A stretch of 64,000 nt of DNA from a candidate division WOR-3 bacterium (lineage in GTDB: Bacteria > Hydrothermota > Tepidihabitantia > Tepidihabitantales > Tepidihabitantaceae): contig CBFGIT010000003.1 in NCBI GenBank assembly GCA_965648905.1, positions 93,844 through 157,843 of the forward strand. Direction: 5' to 3'. A program made the translations under genes and the position numbers. The notes under the pieces were generated by a model that made no database searches, was not told the origin of the DNA, and was given only the letters and a program-made list of their open reading frames with translations. Of this stretch, positions 56,438 to 64,000 are shown one piece after another; the stretch's first letter is position 1, and the number at the start of each line of letters is the position of its first letter.

Positions 56438-57253
56438 CTGACGACGGCTGGCTGTCCGGTCCAATTGGTCCAGCAGCTCACTGGTCAGCTTCTGGCGCAC
56501 GGCCTCCTGCTGGAGTTCGGCCAGGGTCGCAACCCGAATGCGGCGTCGGTGCAACCAATCCAGTAACAACCTGAAATCCTCTCTCCCCCATTCAGTGAAC
56601 GCCTCGGGTCTTGGGACAATCCGGTGCAACAGCAGGACCGTCAGCTCACTAGTGCGGATGCGGGCCATGACGTCGTCTCGCCGGGTCGTGTTTCTGAGTT
56701 CCAGGGTCGGGATTCGGTACGGGTCTCTGAGCAGGTCGGGCAGTCCGGGCCTTACCGCCCGGCCGAGGCTGTAACCGGCCTTCTGCACCAGCCGGCGTAT
56801 CCGCTGATTCATGTCGCCATATGGGTAGACAAACGTGACCACCCGAACGCCAAACAACGACTCCAGTGTCTCCTTTGAACCACGGATTTCGGTCCAGGCC
56901 CGCGCACTGTCCAATCTGGTCAGATGAGGATGAGACAGGCTGTGACTGGCAATCTCGACGCAGCACGAGTCAATCATCTTCTGCACCTCGGCCTGGCTCA
57001 TAAAACGGTCGCTGGGCTCGTAAGAAGCTGCCACATTGGTGATGTAGTTGCAGATCGGGGCGAGCGTAGCGGTCATCCGGTACTGTCTCAGCAGAGGGTA
57101 GACGTAGGCAAAGACCGCGTGGTAAGCATCATCAATCGAGAGCACGACCGTGTGGCCTGACAGGTCAAACGTATCAAGAACCGGTGCGGGCGGCAGAACC
57201 GGTCGCGCCATCTGAGCCAGAGTCATCAGCAGGAGAATTAGGGAACTAGTCAC
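56387..57253 (-). CDS. Polysaccharide deacetylase family protein
   Basis: LSIDDAY, EIASHSLSHPHL, FVYPYG, LLLH; GTG 57253 follows TTGTCA-17-TATCAT. Confidence 0.9.
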   Translation of the reverse strand: MTSSLILLLMTLAQMARPVLPPAPVLDTFDLSGHTVVLSIDDAYHAVFAYVYPLLRQYRMTATLAPICNYITNVAASYEPSDRFMSQAEVQKMIDSCCVEIASHSLSHPHLTRLDSARAWTEIRGSKETLESLFGVRVVTFVYPYGDMNQRIRRLVQKAGYSLGRAVRPGLPDLLRDPYRIPTLELRNTTRRDDVMARIRTSELTVLLLHRIVPRPEAFTEWGREDFRLLLDWLHRRRIRVATLAELQQEAVRQKLTSELLDQLDRTASRRQLFEHVDIDATRTLHSR

Positions 57254-57340
57254 CCGCTCCAATGATAGACTAACTGCACGACGTTGACAAGACGTGCTGG
57301 TTTGGCAGACTGCTAGGCAGATGGTTCGCAACCCCAACGC

Positions 57341-58987
57341 ATGAAGGTCGTACTGGCCCAGCTGAACCCGGTCGTCGGCGACCTGACCGGCAACGTGTCC
57401 AAGGTACGCGATACGCTGTCACGGGTTGCTCCGGGTCGACCAGACCTTGTCGTGTTTCCCGAGCTGTTTCTGGCCGGGTATCCGCCGCGCGACCTGATCA
57501 GCCGGCGCTGGTTTGTCGAGAAGGCTGAGGCAGCCCTGGCCCAGGTCATTGAGCTGAGCCGGAACTTCCCGGAACCGGGGATTGTCATCGGTGCGGTAGT
57601 CCGCAACCAGACCACGTCGGGGAAAGGGCAGGCCAACGCCGCGGTGCTCATCGCCGGCGGCAAGGAGCTGCACCGTCAGGCCAAAACTCTGTTGCCGACC
57701 TACGACGTCTTTGACGAGGCAAGGTACTTTGACCCGGCTTCGCGCTCAAGCCCGGTTGAGTTCCGAGGCGAGCGGCTCGGACTCACCGTCTGCGAAGATG
57801 CCTGGAACGTGCCCGAGTTGCTCGGCCGCCTGCCCTATGACCGCGACCCGGTGGCCGAGCTGGCCGGTCAGGGCGCGACCCTGCTCATCAACATCTCGGC
57901 CTCACCGTTCACCGCGGGCAAGGAAGCGCTGCGCCACCGGTTGCTGTCCGGTCACAGCTACCGACACGGACTGCCGCTGGTCTTTGTCAACCAAGTCGGG
58001 GCGAACGACGAACTGGTGTTCGACGGCCGCAGCATGGCCCTGGACTGCTCAGGTCTTGTCCAGACCGTGCTGCCGGGATTCGCTGAGGAAGTAGAGGTCG
58101 TCGATACGCGTATCAAGGGCAGTGCTGACCGGTTCCGGCCCCAAGAACCGGTTGAATCGGTCCACGACGCGCTCGTCCTGGGCATCAGAGACTACGTTCG
58201 CAAGTGCGGATTCGGAAGCGTCGTGCTCGGTCTGTCCGGAGGAATTGACTCGGCGGTCGTCTGCTGTCTGGCAGTCACCGCCCTGGGCCCGGACAACGTC
58301 CTGGGCGTGACCATGCCGTCCGAATACTCCTCTCCGGGCAGCGTTGCCGACTCACGGACACTGGCCCGCAATCTGGGCGTGAGGCTCATCGAGATGCCCA
58401 TCACGCCGGTCTACCATCAGTATCTTGAGACGCTCAAAGGTGAGTTCGGCAAGCTGGCGCCGAACATTGCCGAGGAGAACATCCAAGCCCGCGTCCGGGG
58501 CAACATTCTGATGGCACTCTCAAACAAGCATGGCCACCTGGTTCTCTCCACCGGCAACAAGAGTGAGCTGGCCGTCGGCTACTGCACACTCTACGGTGAC
58601 ATGAGCGGCGGCCTGTGCGTACTTGCCGACGTGCCCAAGACCATGGTCTACCAGCTTGCCCGTCACATCAACCGCACGCACCAGGTCATCCCGCGCGCGA
58701 TTATCGACAAGCCGCCGTCGGCTGAACTAAGACCGGGCCAGACCGACCAGGATACCCTGCCGCCGTACGAAGTGCTCGATGAGATAATCAGGCGTTATGT
58801 TGACGAGGGACATTCGCCGGACCAAATCATCGCCGCTGGTCACCGGCCCGAGACAGTGCATTGGGTGGTGCGGGCTGTGAACTCAAGCGAGTACAAGCGC
58901 CGGCAGGCCGCACCCGGCATAAGAGTAACCAGTCGGGCCTTCGGCATCGGCTGGCGCATGCCGATTGCGGCCCGCTACGCAACCTGA
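57341..58987 (+). CDS. nadE: Glutamine-dependent NAD+ synthetase
   Basis: Nitrilase domain (FPEL, VCEDAW) plus GLSGGIDS, ENIQAR, TGNKSE, PPSAEL. Confidence 0.97.
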   Translation: MKVVLAQLNPVVGDLTGNVSKVRDTLSRVAPGRPDLVVFPELFLAGYPPRDLISRRWFVEKAEAALAQVIELSRNFPEPGIVIGAVVRNQTTSGKGQANAAVLIAGGKELHRQAKTLLPTYDVFDEARYFDPASRSSPVEFRGERLGLTVCEDAWNVPELLGRLPYDRDPVAELAGQGATLLINISASPFTAGKEALRHRLLSGHSYRHGLPLVFVNQVGANDELVFDGRSMALDCSGLVQTVLPGFAEEVEVVDTRIKGSADRFRPQEPVESVHDALVLGIRDYVRKCGFGSVVLGLSGGIDSAVVCCLAVTALGPDNVLGVTMPSEYSSPGSVADSRTLARNLGVRLIEMPITPVYHQYLETLKGEFGKLAPNIAEENIQARVRGNILMALSNKHGHLVLSTGNKSELAVGYCTLYGDMSGGLCVLADVPKTMVYQLARHINRTHQVIPRAIIDKPPSAELRPGQTDQDTLPPYEVLDEIIRRYVDEGHSPDQIIAAGHRPETVHWVVRAVNSSEYKRRQAAPGIRVTSRAFGIGWRMPIAARYAT

Positions 58988-59006
58988 GTCCTGGCCGGGC
59001 CGTCTT

Positions 59007-59237
59007 CTACCGGGCGGAATCGGGCAGCTCAAGGAGCTTGGTACGGCTCCTCTGGCCTGAGACGATCCGCACGCCGGTCTTGGGAACACGGTAATACCGG
59101 GCCACAACCCTGAGCACGGCATCGTTGGCCGCGCCTTCTCGGGCGTGCGCCTTCACCCGGACCACCAGCGTATTATCAGCCAGGCGCGTCACCTCATCGG
59201 CAGACGCGCCTGGCTTGACTAGAACCCTGACTCTCAC
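59007..59237 (-). CDS. DUF167 (YggU) family protein
   Basis: VKPGA, AREGAAN, IVSGQRSRTK. Confidence 0.88.
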   Translation of the reverse strand: MRVRVLVKPGASADEVTRLADNTLVVRVKAHAREGAANDAVLRVVARYYRVPKTGVRIVSGQRSRTKLLELPDSAR

Positions 59238-59289
59238 GACCTCTTGCCTCGCCCCTCGCCGCGCCCGCAGGCGAAGAGCGGACGATGGT

Positions 59290-61737
59290 CTAGAGGTGTC
59301 CGCCGAAGTGACCTTTGTACCGATCCATCAGCTCGGCCCGTTTGCCCGCGTTCCAGCCGGAGACGCGTGAGAAATACCCGGTGACGCGCGTGATGTAGTC
59401 GACTTCGGCCGAGCCGCAGTAGGTGCAGACGTCGGAGAGCCCACGGCTGGTCTTGAAACAGCAGTTACAGGTCGTGAACTCCGGAGAAAAGGCAACCTGA
59501 GCGTTACGCGAGTGACGGAAGGTCTTGACCACGAAGTTGGCGATTGACTCTCCGGGCGGCCGGGCGTCGGCCAGCCAGACGTGGGTCAGTGCCCCGGCAT
59601 CAATCATGTCGTGGAACTTGCCTTCCATGTACACCCGATCAATCGGGTCAACCGGATGGCCGACGTTGAGATAGGTTGAGTTGGTGTAGTAGGCCGAGTT
59701 GTTCTCAATCGACCCCTTCACCACCCGCTGGGCGCAGTCCGAGTAGTGCTCCAGGTCGAGCTTGGCCAGCCGATAGGCCGTCGACTCGGCCGGGGTCTGC
59801 TCGATAACGAACCGCATGTTGTGCTCTCGTGACAGTCGCTGGCATTCGAGGTTCAGGAAAGCCATGACCTTGAGCCCGAACCGGAACGCCTGGTCGCTCT
59901 CATGCAGTTCCTTGCCGAGGTGATACTGCACCAGTTCGTTCAGGCCGAGTACGCCGACCAGATAGGTGGCGCGGTGCATGCGCAGGTACGGCTCGCCGTC
60001 CCGGTCCATGGTCAGGAGTGCCAGGGGGCCGTCCTGCTTCAAGGCGAGCAGGGTCTCAAGGAAGTTCCGCTTCTGCATGTGCGCCTTGACCACGAGTTCG
60101 AGGTCGCTCCTCAGCCGGTCGAACAGAGCGGCGTCGTCGTGATTCGCCAGGTACGCGGCCCGGGGCAGGTTCAAAGTGACGTTCTGCAGGGCCGAGTAGC
60201 GCATCCGCCACGGCGTATGGGCGTCGCACAGGTCCGAGCGCTCGAGCTTGAAGCTCAGCCGACAGCACTCGGATATCTTCGCGGTCTCGCCCCGGTCGAA
60301 GACGAAGTAGGTGTTCCCCTTCTCGGTCGCCACGTCGGAAATGTGCAGCAAGAAGTCCTGCGCTCCCGGGGTCTCGAAGAACCGGTCGGTCAGATGGACA
60401 AGCGGCTTGGGGAAGAAGAACGGCCGGCCCGACGCATCGCCTTCGCGGTAGATGTCGAATATCGCCCAGACGAACCGCTGTGCCTCGGACAGGTACTCAC
60501 GGTACTTCTTGCCCGTGTACTGGCCGCCCGGCCCCAGCGCATCGACGTCCTCAAAGTGCTGGGGAATCTCCCAGTACAGGTTGATGTCGGAGAAAATCGC
60601 CTGACCGCCGCGGGCCACGTTCTGCTGAGAGTACTCGAACACGAGCATCTGGGCCAACTGATGCACCTCACGGTCGCTCATCCCGACCAGGAACGGCGCG
60701 AAGAAGATGTTAACCGCATCCCAGCCGATTGCGCCGGCAAAGTGCCCCTGAAGTGCGGCCGAGAACTTGACCATGTGCGCCAGCAGCGTATCAGGATGCT
60801 TGGCCGGATGGGCCATCGAAAGGGCATTGGGCAGCGACAGACCGAACTTCTTGACGTACTCAAGCGACTGGCCCGAGCAGTACGGCCGGTTGACAAACCC
60901 TAGGTCGTGAAGATGAATGTCACCCCGGGTGTGAGCATCGGCCACGTCCTGGTCGAAGACCGAGGAGAGCGCGAACTGCTTCAGGGTCCACTCGGCCAGC
61001 GTCATGTTCGTCGCCTCGGGGTTGTGCGGGACGTTGGCGTTCTCCTTGTTCTTGAAAAGCAGGATACGCTCGACGTCGTAGGTCGGGACTCCGAGCCGGG
61101 TGTGCCGGCGATACTGCTCCTCCAGGCCCCGTTCGAGCAGCTTGGCGTTGACCAGCTCGCGCACCAGACTCGAGTTGAGTCGCTTGATACTCGAGTTGAA
61201 AATCGCGTCCTCGACTTCCTCGGCAATCTTCTCGGCCTCCTTCGGCTCGAGGTTCGCCTCGCGCACCAGGGCGCGCGCGATCCGGCTCCGGTCCCACTGG
61301 ACGATTGCGTCGCCACTGGAACGAACGAACAGGGCAAAATCGGTCGCCTCTTTCTGAGAAGTGACGATGCTCTTGAGCTTGCTCCGGCGCTCGCGTGCCA
61401 GCCGCCGCTGCTCACGATAGAGAATGTACGCCTTGGCCGTCCGGGCATGGCCGTTCTCAATCAGGGTCTTCTCCACCGCGTCCTGAACTTCCTCGACCCT
61501 GGGCACGTGGTCGCCGCGCTGCTCCAGCAGGTAGCGTTGCACCCGTTCGGCCAGGCTCCGAGCCAAAGCCCGGTCCTCACCGCCGACCGAACGGGCGGCC
61601 TTGAAGATCGCCGCCGTAATCTTTTCCAGGTCGAAGGGCACGGTCGAGCCGTCGCGCTTCTGGACCGAACGCAGCCGGTCAGTACCCGACGCCTGGGCTT
61701 CGGACTTCTTGTGGACTTCGTTGTCCGGCTTATCCAA
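59290..61737 (-). CDS. nrdD: Anaerobic (class III) ribonucleoside-triphosphate reductase with two N-terminal ATP-cone-like domains
   Basis: VQKRDG ATP cone, HLHDL, RPYC, QTPAES, C-terminal Zn motif, RVTGYF glycyl radical site. Confidence 0.96.
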   Translation of the reverse strand: MDKPDNEVHKKSEAQASGTDRLRSVQKRDGSTVPFDLEKITAAIFKAARSVGGEDRALARSLAERVQRYLLEQRGDHVPRVEEVQDAVEKTLIENGHARTAKAYILYREQRRLARERRSKLKSIVTSQKEATDFALFVRSSGDAIVQWDRSRIARALVREANLEPKEAEKIAEEVEDAIFNSSIKRLNSSLVRELVNAKLLERGLEEQYRRHTRLGVPTYDVERILLFKNKENANVPHNPEATNMTLAEWTLKQFALSSVFDQDVADAHTRGDIHLHDLGFVNRPYCSGQSLEYVKKFGLSLPNALSMAHPAKHPDTLLAHMVKFSAALQGHFAGAIGWDAVNIFFAPFLVGMSDREVHQLAQMLVFEYSQQNVARGGQAIFSDINLYWEIPQHFEDVDALGPGGQYTGKKYREYLSEAQRFVWAIFDIYREGDASGRPFFFPKPLVHLTDRFFETPGAQDFLLHISDVATEKGNTYFVFDRGETAKISECCRLSFKLERSDLCDAHTPWRMRYSALQNVTLNLPRAAYLANHDDAALFDRLRSDLELVVKAHMQKRNFLETLLALKQDGPLALLTMDRDGEPYLRMHRATYLVGVLGLNELVQYHLGKELHESDQAFRFGLKVMAFLNLECQRLSREHNMRFVIEQTPAESTAYRLAKLDLEHYSDCAQRVVKGSIENNSAYYTNSTYLNVGHPVDPIDRVYMEGKFHDMIDAGALTHVWLADARPPGESIANFVVKTFRHSRNAQVAFSPEFTTCNCCFKTSRGLSDVCTYCGSAEVDYITRVTGYFSRVSGWNAGKRAELMDRYKGHFGGHL

Positions 61738-62194
61738 TGCTTCCCCCGCTTTCTAGGTTCTTAAGCTCTTCAACGAACTTCTCGGGCGTGTCGAACTGAC
61801 GGTAGACTGATGCGAAGCGCACATAGGCGACCGGGTCGAGCCTGCGGAGTTCGGTCAGAACCATGCTGCCCAGCTCGACCGAACTAACCTCAAGTCGGTT
61901 CTGCTCGCCAAGCTTCGACTCGACCGAGTCAACCAGCCGCTCAATCTGCTCCCGGCTGAGCGGCCGCTTGCGACAGGCAAGCATCACTCCGGCAAGCAGC
62001 TTACCCCGGTCATACGGCTCATTGCCGCCGCTGCGCTTGATGACCACGAGCGGTGCCTGCTCCACATACTCATAGGTCGTGAACCGGCGCCCGCACTGCG
62101 AGCACTCCCGCCTCCGTCGGACTGCCGCGCCGTCGCGTGCCGGCCGGGAATCAAGCACTCTGTCATCATCAGCACCGCAGAAAGGACACTTCAT
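61730..62194 (-). CDS. nrdR: Transcriptional repressor NrdR
   Basis: MKCPFC, VLDSR, RRRREC..C..RFTTYE, AYVRFASVY. Confidence 0.98.
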   Translation of the reverse strand: MKCPFCGADDDRVLDSRPARDGAAVRRRRECSQCGRRFTTYEYVEQAPLVVIKRSGGNEPYDRGKLLAGVMLACRKRPLSREQIERLVDSVESKLGEQNRLEVSSVELGSMVLTELRRLDPVAYVRFASVYRQFDTPEKFVEELKNLESGGSIG

Positions 62195-62210
62195 ATTGTA
62201 TTACGCTAGC

Positions 62211-62238
62211 ACTATACCATACAACTGCTGGTAGTCAA
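62211..62238 (-). promoter_or_regulatory. nrdR-nrdD promoter with overlapping weak NrdR-box-like site
   Basis: TTGACT-16-TATAGT with extended -10 TG; ATACAACTGCTGGTAG at 62219-62234. Confidence 0.65.
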
Positions 62239-62350
62239 CAGGTGATTCTTATATCCCGGTAATTCACTAAGTCTTTTCTAAACAGCAGCTTAGCAAACCA
62301 AACGGCCCGAAGACATGTCGCTCAGGGGTTTGCGCCTACGTTTCGAGCAT

Positions 62351-62366
62351 ACACAACATGTAGTAG
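62351..62366. promoter_or_regulatory. NrdR box
   Basis: ACACAACATGTAGTAG resembles the NrdR consensus acaCwAtATaTwGtgt and lies upstream of nrdR-nrdD. Confidence 0.7.
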
Positions 62367-62388
62367 CTAGTTTGCGCGTCTGGCGCTG

Positions 62389-62409
62389 CTATCCACACAG
62401 TTATCCACA
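62389..62409 (+). promoter_or_regulatory. Tandem DnaA boxes
   Basis: CTATCCACA (62389-62397) and perfect TTATCCACA (62401-62409). Confidence 0.7.
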
Positions 62410-62432
62410 TGTTGTCAACCAATTGGCTTCTG

Positions 62433-63413
62433 TCATGTCAAGTGGTCGTAACCGCTGAGCTGCAATTCTACCAGTCGGCCGGCATGCTCAAGCCACAGGC
62501 CGGCCCCTCTCTCGACCCGGCCAATCCGGGCAATCTGCACTCCATTGACAATTCGCGGCACACGTCCGCGGCTCGTGAACAGAAGCTCGTAGTCTTCGCC
62601 CGCGGAGAGAACGAAACGCAGCCACTCAACTCCCCGTGCCGCAACCACGCGCCTCACTTCAGGCAGGACCGGCAGTCGGTCCACCACCAGCACCACCTTG
62701 ACTCCGCTCTGTTGGGCCAGGTGGGCCGCATCGGTTGAAAGCCCGTCCGACGTGTCAATCATGCCGCCTATCTTTGGGCCGAGTGCCTTCATCACCTCAA
62801 GTCTCGGCCCCGGGTGCAAGTGCCGGTCGACAAGCACCTTGGCCCAGACCGGCACCACTATTTGCCTCCTGCCTTTCGCCGCTCGCCGTTCAGACGCACC
62901 GGCCAACACAAGCCTGCCCGCTTCGGCTGTTCCCAGACTCCCGGTAACATAGAGGCTGTCGCCCGGTCTTGCGCCGGAGCGCAACTTCGGCTTCGCGGCT
63001 CGGCCGATCACGGTCAGAGTAAGAACCAGCCGGTCCAGCGCGACGATGTCACCGCCGGCGACTTCGCAGCCCAGCTCTTCGCATACCCTGTCAATGCCCT
63101 GATAGAGCGCCCGCACCGCGGACGAGCTGGTCGAGCCGGGCAGACCAAGCGCCACCACCACGACTCTGGGCTGTGCGCCCATTGCCACCACGTCCGAGAC
63201 AGCGCCGCACGCGCAGCGTGTCCCGACCTGCCCGAAAGTCATGTACGAAAGGTCAAAGTGCACACCCTCAGCATATGTGTCGGTTGTAACCACCGTGCCA
63301 TCTGCGAGCACGCACGCGTCGTCACCGATGCCGACTCTGACCCAGCCGCGGGTACTGACCGTGCGCTCTATCAGGTGGATGACTCCGGCTTCACCCATCT
63401 GGTCGATTCTCAT
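62433..63413 (-). CDS. thiL: Thiamine-monophosphate kinase
   Basis: GIGDDA, EGVHF, SDVVAMG, GGD, RSGARPGD, IDTSDGL, GEDYELLFT. Confidence 0.96.
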   Translation of the reverse strand: MRIDQMGEAGVIHLIERTVSTRGWVRVGIGDDACVLADGTVVTTDTYAEGVHFDLSYMTFGQVGTRCACGAVSDVVAMGAQPRVVVVALGLPGSTSSSAVRALYQGIDRVCEELGCEVAGGDIVALDRLVLTLTVIGRAAKPKLRSGARPGDSLYVTGSLGTAEAGRLVLAGASERRAAKGRRQIVVPVWAKVLVDRHLHPGPRLEVMKALGPKIGGMIDTSDGLSTDAAHLAQQSGVKVVLVVDRLPVLPEVRRVVAARGVEWLRFVLSAGEDYELLFTSRGRVPRIVNGVQIARIGRVERGAGLWLEHAGRLVELQLSGYDHLT

Positions 63414-63510
63414 TCGCTCATGATAGCCTCCGCGGCTGACTGTGCAACACCTGCCGCCCTGCTCCTCTGGACAGCGCCGGGCCGAAGACTAGAATCTGGG
63501 TCGAGGCGTC

Positions 63511-64000
63511 ATGCTGCTGACAACACTGCTGATGCTCGCGCTGGCACAGACTCGACCGGATACAACCGAGGTGTCCGGTGATGTCTCTGGTATCTGGGCC
63601 CCTGCCGGCACTCCGTACGCGGTGGTCGGAGAGACCAGAGTGCCGGCAGGTGAGACTCTACGCATTATGCCCGGGGTCGAGGTCCGCTTCCGTGGCCGCT
63701 ATCACTTCTTCGTCAACGGCCTTCTGAAGGCGGTCGGGACCGAAACCGAATCGATTGTCTTCACCCGGGACCAGCCGATTGAAGACCACAAGTGGAAAGG
63801 CCTGCGGTTCGACTCGTGCGCAGCAGGATGCAGCCTCGCGTTCTGCCGGCTCGAGCACGTGAAGAACGATGGGCCTTACCCTGAGGTGCGCGGCGGTGCG
63901 GTCTACTGCCGCAACTCGTCGCCGGTCATCTCCCATTGCGCCCTGTGCCACAACTACTCGCACAACGCCAATGCCAACGGCGGTGGTGGTGGTGTCTTTG
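63511..64000 (+). CDS. Secreted right-handed beta-helix protein (3' end outside window)
   Basis: Not in the ORF track. Manual translation MLLTTLLMLALAQ...VSGDVSGIW...PYAV...LRIMPGVEVRF...GTETESIVFT...WKGLRF...GGAVYCRNSSPVI. Confidence 0.82.
   Translation, partial: MLLTTLLMLALAQTRPDTTEVSGDVSGIWAPAGTPYAVVGETRVPAGETLRIMPGVEVRFRGRYHFFVNGLLKAVGTETESIVFTRDQPIEDHKWKGLRFDSCAAGCSLAFCRLEHVKNDGPYPEVRGGAVYCRNSSPVISHCALCHNYSHNANANGGGGGVF

Noticed and set aside
59290..61737. Intein or intron in nrdD, polA or ruvB
   Set aside because: Lengths are normal and no splicing motifs or homing endonuclease segments are visible.
62195..62432. Chromosomal origin of replication
   Set aside because: Only two DnaA boxes, no dnaA/dnaN/gidA context and no clear unwinding element; a regulatory role at nrd is more parsimonious.
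1..64000. Genome-wide reassignment of TGA (to Trp or Gly) as the explanation for in-frame TGAs
   Set aside because: uvrA, ruvB, nadE, plsY and others end in TGA at their expected C-termini, and long genes have no internal TGA. Only two site-specific cases with adjacent hairpins were found.

Overview
This is a GC-rich bacterial chromosomal window. At least seven genes encode secreted proteins with T9SS/FlgD-type C-terminal sorting domains, which suggests a WOR-3/FCB-related lineage (inference). Housekeeping content: uvrA, plsY-gpsA, polA, yebC-ruvCAB, nadE, nrdR-nrdD and thiL. The window also holds a Lol-like ABC export operon and a Wzx/Wzy polysaccharide cluster with wecB. An accessory islet at about 19.1-23.7 kb carries an IS3-type element and a frameshifted PIN toxin-antitoxin pair. 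Main observations: (1) Two genes split in the ORF track are each one reading frame interrupted by an in-frame TGA, followed directly by a SECIS-like hairpin. They are predicted secreted selenoproteins with a sorting domain: a UxxC redoxin (1530-2297) and a jelly-roll-like protein with Sec in a non-thioredoxin context (23926-24810). (2) A RAYT-like tyrosine transposase is bounded by 17-bp terminal inverted repeats whose motif recurs in palindromes sitting inside wecB and an ABC permease. (3) Sigma70-like promoters mostly have a 16-bp spacer, and many genes look leaderless. (4) Heptamer tandem repeats occur at gene junctions and inside uvrA and thiL. No rRNA, tRNA or CRISPR array was seen. All family calls come from motif recognition by eye, not database searches.
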